A stretch of 64,000 nt of DNA, taken from assembly GCA_051294905.1 (NCBI GenBank), contig CM119378.1, positions 10,478,001-10,542,000 of the forward strand. The letters run 5' to 3'. The notes under the pieces were generated by a model. That model had not been told where the DNA came from. It worked only from the letters and a program-made list of their open reading frames with translations, and searched no databases. Positions 63,501-64,000 of this stretch are shown piece after piece (position 1 is the first letter of the stretch; every line of letters starts with the position of its first letter). This stretch comes from Botryllus schlosseri (Eukaryota). The translations under genes and the position numbers were made by a program.

Positions 63501-64000
63501 TATACCGTGTCTGTGTTCAGATCGGTCGTTATTGAGCGATTTCACTGCGACGCCGACCCACGAAGACGTTACCCTCGAAGCAGATCCGGCGCCAAAAGTC
63601 GATGCCATCAAGTAAGTGATCTCGATCCGTTTTCTATGTCTCTCCTGCCCTCCTCACCCTCTCTTTCTATCTGTCTTTTTCAGGGTATCGATCGAGGACG
63701 AAAACGGAACGTCAGTCGTTGAGGAAACCGTGCCGGTTACTCCCGGGGAGAAATTCGACGAGACCTATCCCATGGAACCGAACAAAACTTACACCGCCAC
63801 CGTTACCCCACTTTCGAACGGAACTGAAGGGAAGCCGATAGAAAAGGAGTTCACAACAGGTTGGTGGAAGCCCGAATGCTAGCTGTCGAACTTTGTCTGC
63901 GAATCGGCCATTTGACGCTTGCCTGACGACAGCCTTTCGTGACGCGAGCTCGTAATGCTTTTAGATCCAACGCCGCTGATCGACGTGACTCTGGTGCCTG
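180..64000 (+). CDS. Giant multi-exon ECM protein (Sushi/EGF/SEA-like/4xVWA/~49xFN3), 5'- and 3'-partial
   Basis: Manual exon tracing; all splice phases are consistent. Exons: 180-347,407-526,591-691,760-870,944-1112,1295-1464,3188-3314,3378-3535,3856-3967,4062-4172,4990-5159,5227-5403,5475-5604,5755-5888,6591-6747,7519-7667,7735-7870,8787-8953,9009-9147,9214-9314,10282-10450,11514-11715,11910-12069,12404-12584,12793-12938,13199-13337,13404-13436,13810-13930,14012-14163,14401-14497,14553-14731,15298-15506,15577-15691,15965-16078,16376-16446,16541-16706,16766-16863,16935-17106,17164-17212,17331-17614,18646-18757,19212-19390,19551-19642,19702-19897,20006-20151,20210-20339,20408-20470,20775-20917,21251-21365,21426-21511,21756-21936,22333-22505,23454-23589,24575-24666,24726-24912,25472-25623,25686-25821,25888-25979,26420-26609,28269-28420,28485-28620,29182-29333,29423-29558,29784-29941,30000-30135,30576-30733,30793-30928,31767-31924,31983-32118,32473-32630,32689-32824,33412-33569,33629-33764,34040-34140,34247-34436,34738-34889,34950-35085,35335-35441,35500-35686,35918-36072,36496-36628,36700-36750,36821-36966,37124-37241,37314-37402,40533-40731,40932-41059,41133-41268,41746-41918,42151-42250,42862-42950,43021-43186,43367-43509,43634-43766,46111-46277,46456-46567,47832-47920,48006-48183,48795-48940,49036-49165,49533-49675,51952-52090,52588-52633,52714-53003,53419-53533,53596-53765,53822-53985,54659-54779,54846-54931,56353-56554,56610-56752,57902-58034,58621-58781,58842-58947,61491-61579,61644-61824,62402-62492,62555-62733,63108-63250,63321-63456,63521-63611,63684-63859,63965-end. 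A few weak donors (15506, 19642, 37241) could shift by some codons. Confidence 0.9.
591..3314 (+). CDS. FN3 domains 1-2
   Basis: SIQINWQ...YVATGLKPDTFYVLRL and PHPVENFKVV...LSLSWERPKVTNGPILGYIIEY / IISQLNSTESYELKIATVNTEGISEYS show the FN3 W/Y and LxPxTxY motifs. Confidence 0.92.
1648..2195. mobile_element. hAT-type MITE, GACTCGAGTC-rich family, copy 1
   Basis: TIR CAGGGTTGT...ACAACCCTG; perfect 8-bp TSD TTATGACG (1640-1647 and 2196-2203). Confidence 0.92.
2340..2856. mobile_element. hAT-type MITE, same family, copy 2 (inverted relative to copy 1)
   Basis: Starts CAGGGTTGTAACCAAGTC, the reverse complement of the copy 1 end; perfect 8-bp TSD GTTGTGAC (2332-2339 and 2857-2864). Confidence 0.92.
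3378..4172 (+). CDS. SEA-like domain (3 exons)
   Basis: The in-phase exons give ICFTVKFILHISWPEHPAQHRLLELNLKNLIQSSLSESGSLYVKNLIISEVDDYTSAYAQIWFADTSNFEYSLYSFLEIKRLII. The strand/helix pattern resembles SEA by eye; no GSVVV motif. Confidence 0.5.
4290..4865. mobile_element. Degenerate fragments of the GACTCGAGTC MITE family
   Basis: TGACTCGACTTGACTCGAG motifs at about 4765-4860 and a decayed match at about 4310-4440; no intact TIR or TSD. Confidence 0.5.
4990..5159 (+). CDS. EGF-like exon
   Basis: CDLSVMNECGNGSSCVNMEGRYFCQCLPQH...TSCE. Confidence 0.9.
5227..6747 (+). CDS. VWA domain 1 (intact MIDAS)
   Basis: DIVFLLDHSHS (DxSxS), GFGTNAGIALQ and VMVTDGKSSDDV, spread over 4 exons. Confidence 0.95.
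6861..7380. mobile_element. Foldback (long inverted-arm) element, copy 1
   Basis: CCGAATATTTTCGGCTGGCACTCGTCA... pairs with ...TGACGAGTGTCAGCCGAAAATATTCGG; arms of about 230 bp with almost no spacer. Confidence 0.85.
7519..9147 (+). CDS. VWA domain 2 (degenerate MIDAS)
   Basis: DLIFVLDSTSS...VGVAIASNEV...FDTGKVLQYI...IVFLISKD. Same 0/1/0/1 intron-phase pattern as VWA1. Confidence 0.9.
7981..8654. mobile_element. Foldback element, copy 2 (longer, more perfect)
   Basis: Arms about 7981-8265 and about 8336-8622 are near-perfect reverse complements; homologous to 6861-7380. Confidence 0.88.
9214..17106 (+). CDS. FN3 domains 3-11 with linker micro-exon
   Basis: Nine FN3 units, e.g. PPTDVKVNVLNETSALISW/LLPGKKYAV, YPRDIKLV..IELQWTEVENAQGY, NLLPGNRYTFTVVTRSGDQ. 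A 33-nt micro-exon lies at 13404-13436. Confidence 0.88.
10966..11234 (-). pseudogene. Antisense intronic ORF with SAM-/death-domain-like motif (exon or relic)
   Basis: Stop-free frame ECQNITNWLSKQGIPPTVYEKLETETVMPVVLQVLVVKGINWGATASELSFSTQDIAKFLAKYAVSEQSCSDMLRTT in a more GC-rich island of an AT-rich intron. No ATG at the 5' end; possible acceptor TATGCAG. Domain likeness judged by eye only. Confidence 0.4.
17164..19390 (+). CDS. Pro/Thr linker and VWA domain 3
   Basis: PKCHVFKRKLDLTFILSTTQGVSNQDFNYMRRLI...LVSVIEFN...SSIGVGDEVTTSLLKQLAT...DIDC. Confidence 0.9.
19551..29558 (+). CDS. FN3 domains 12-21
   Basis: Two-exon FN3 units with phase-1 boundaries and a recurring IARADxP motif. Confidence 0.9.
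22853..23344. mobile_element. Kolobok/T2-type foldback MITE
   Basis: TTAA|AGGGGCACTGCG...CGCAGTGCCCCT|TTAA, with about 220-bp inverted arms around a spacer of about 50 nt. TTAA TSD plus RR termini is the Kolobok/T2-MITE signature. Confidence 0.88.
26745..27973. mobile_element. Non-autonomous hAT element with AGTAG/AAGTA-rich subterminal repeats
   Basis: TIR CAGAGGTGGTCA...TGACCACCTCGG; TSD AATTTAAG/AATTAAAG (1 mismatch). Confidence 0.8.
29784..32824 (+). CDS. FN3 domains 22-25 (two-domain unit duplicated in tandem)
   Basis: Exon lengths 158/136/158/136 occur twice, and the AGLPAPLVGLNVRDIEMTSLRATF exon is nearly identical in both copies. Confidence 0.95.
31020..31358 (-). mobile_element. 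tRNA-derived SINE
   Basis: Minus strand begins GGGGAGATAGCGTAGTGGTG (A box) ... CTGGGTTAGATTC (B-box-like) and ends in a GCATTGTGTCTTGTC-type simple-repeat tail. Absent from the paralogous intron of duplicate copy 2. Confidence 0.7.
33059..33180 (+). repeat. 42-bp minisatellite, ~3 copies
   Basis: Unit GCATAAAAACATTTCACAAATTAGATTAGAATTAGAATTAGA at 33059, 33101 and 33143. Confidence 0.85.
33412..52090 (+). CDS. FN3 domains 26-40
   Basis: Two-exon FN3 units, e.g. LEIDGLEPGTLYEIRV, FKDLLPQTEYEVEI, VTGLEPGLRYEV. A 51-nt micro-exon lies at 36700-36750. Confidence 0.9.
38193..38478. mobile_element. Degenerate hAT MITE nested in 37679-40108
   Basis: Begins CATTGCTTCCTAATC and ends GGTTAAGAGCCCCTG (decayed CAG..CTG termini); no clean TSD. 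Confidence 0.5.
38739..39683. mobile_element. hAT (Buster-type) MITE nested in 37679-40108
   Basis: TIR CAGTGGTTCCCAACC/GGTTGGGAGCCACTG; TSD GATTGACA/GATTAACA. The minus strand near 38930-38970 reads LVVKKQLHASH, resembling a Buster transposase C-terminus. Confidence 0.85.
39058..39355. mobile_element. hAT MITE, third nesting level
   Basis: TIR CAGCGGTTCTCAAACT/AGTTTGAGAACCACTG; perfect TSD CACTAGCT. Confidence 0.92.
40203..40390 (+). mobile_element. Possible tRNA-headed SINE fragment
   Basis: GCCGCCGTAGTTTGGTGGTTGAAGCAC resembles a tRNA 5' half with an A box; the B box is poor. Confidence 0.35.
44488..45703. mobile_element. Non-autonomous hAT element
   Basis: TIR CAGGGGTTCTCA/TGAGAACCCCTG; perfect TSD CTCTAACC; GGGCCAC subterminal repeats; a CAGGGCCG-type fragment lies inside at about 45386. 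Confidence 0.92.
45768..46030. mobile_element. Small MITE with 36-bp perfect TIRs next to a (TA)n tract
   Basis: ATATCGTCGCAGTGGAATCAAAGTATCTTATGTCCA ... TGGACATAAGATACTTTGATTCCACTGCGACGATAT. Confidence 0.85.
46587..47439 (-). mobile_element. Internally deleted Buster-family hAT transposon
   Basis: TIR CAGTGGTACTCAACC/GGTTGATAACCACTG; TSD CGTTAGGC/TGTTAGGC; contains a transposase relic. Confidence 0.9.
46860..47070 (-). pseudogene. hAT Buster transposase C-terminal relic
   Basis: Minus frame KLQDELLDRND*...L*SYPKVSPKELRLIITFTTTYICGNGFSELVHIKSK matches the Buster/Charlie YPxL..A...L.PF.TTYLCE.GFS.L..IKSK motif, with stops. Confidence 0.8.
50582..50797. mobile_element. Short hAT (Charlie-like) MITE
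   Basis: TIR CAGGGGTCACCAACTC/GAGTTGGTGACTCCTG; TSD ACCTAGAG/GCCTGGAG. Confidence 0.8.
50985..51809. mobile_element. hAT MITE with TAGGG termini
   Basis: TIR TAGGGCAAGTTTTTG/CAAAAACTTGCCCTA; perfect TSD GTTATAAT; AAAAGTTGCA subterminal repeats. Confidence 0.92.
52588..53765 (+). CDS. Gly/Ser linker and VWA domain 4
   Basis: PACARNETSLHVIFMVSTHRNVSYKEYKLTRDLI...LASVIEIN...LVYVITT...RFIVVGG...DIEC. Exon sizes and phases parallel VWA3. Confidence 0.85.
53822..61824 (+). CDS. FN3 domains 41-45
   Basis: E.g. SLKPNTRYLLEI, PKNLNVT..INVEW, FTNLEFDTQYVVTVWAVSGDKRS. Confidence 0.9.
54310..54425. mobile_element. Left-arm fragment of the foldback family at 6861/7981
   Basis: AAACCCAAATATTTTCGGCTGATGCTCGTCAGAGGTAATCGGCAGAAACAAGTAGAGAATTG matches the arm start of both full copies. 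Confidence 0.75.
57165..57410 (+). pseudogene. hAT Buster transposase C-terminal relic
   Basis: IPVSTWECEQEFSVLISSNSKSEKRITEHIPDLRCAMSNGIPRMDKLL resembles PFSTTYLCEQGFS...KSK.RNRL...DLR.ALS..PRIDKL. A hAT-like left end (CCAGGTTCTCAAACT) lies at about 56813. Confidence 0.75.
58262..58530. mobile_element. Deleted copy of the 37679/59077 hAT family
   Basis: The 5' part (CAAGTAGGCCTTATTTGAC) is joined directly to the CCGAGTC-rich internal part. Confidence 0.65.
59077..59995. mobile_element. hAT MITE, uninterrupted relative of 37679-40108
   Basis: CAGGGGCCTCAAAC...GTTTGAGACCTCTG; collinear similarity with both flanks of the nested copy; TSD not clean. Confidence 0.85.
60141..61045. mobile_element. 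Degenerate relative of the 26745-27973 AAGTAG-rich hAT element
   Basis: GGTCGTCAAAGTAG...AAGTAGAAGTA left end and GAAGTAC..TACTGTCCAATATCTG right end; TSD not recognisable. Confidence 0.6.
62402..64000 (+). CDS. Acidic GC-rich FN3 domains 46-48 and start of the next repeat unit
   Basis: DPPPLIDVTLVPG.../YDSLEPFKNYTTEITP, FDELDPDTTYDIEAHP and YPMEPNKTYTATVTP. The exon start at 62402 recurs almost exactly at 63965. Confidence 0.9.

Noticed and set aside
340-63882. Most ORF-track entries as independent genes, including minus-strand ORFs opposite exons
   Set aside because: They are exon fragments with intronic read-through, or antisense shadows of the single spliced gene or of palindromic MITEs (e.g. 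7007-7210, 8253-8483, 22884-23084).

Overview
AT-rich, intron-rich animal genomic DNA. The style (about 55-70 nt minimal introns, dense MITE load) suggests a marine invertebrate, possibly a tunicate, but this cannot be proven from the window. The whole window is the interior of one very large + strand gene; neither start nor stop codon is included. I traced 123 exons by hand with mutually consistent splice phases, about 17.1 kb of CDS (about 5,700 aa). The product is an extracellular-matrix-type mosaic protein: Sushi - cbEGF - FN3x2 - SEA-like - EGF - VWA1 - VWA2 - FN3x9 - VWA3 - FN3x29 - VWA4 - FN3x8 plus a ninth running off the window end (about 49 FN3 in total). The FN3 array shows a three-domain super-repeat, a recent two-domain tandem duplication (29.8-32.8 kb) and, from about 62.4 kb, an abrupt switch to a GC-rich, acidic FN3 block that starts to repeat with a 1,563-bp period. 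Introns carry hAT-type elements with 8-bp target-site duplications (including a three-level nest and Buster transposase relics), long foldback elements, a TTAA Kolobok/T2-type MITE, a tRNA-derived SINE and an antisense ORF with SAM/death-domain-like patterns. No prokaryotic features, rRNA, intact tRNA or CRISPR array were seen.
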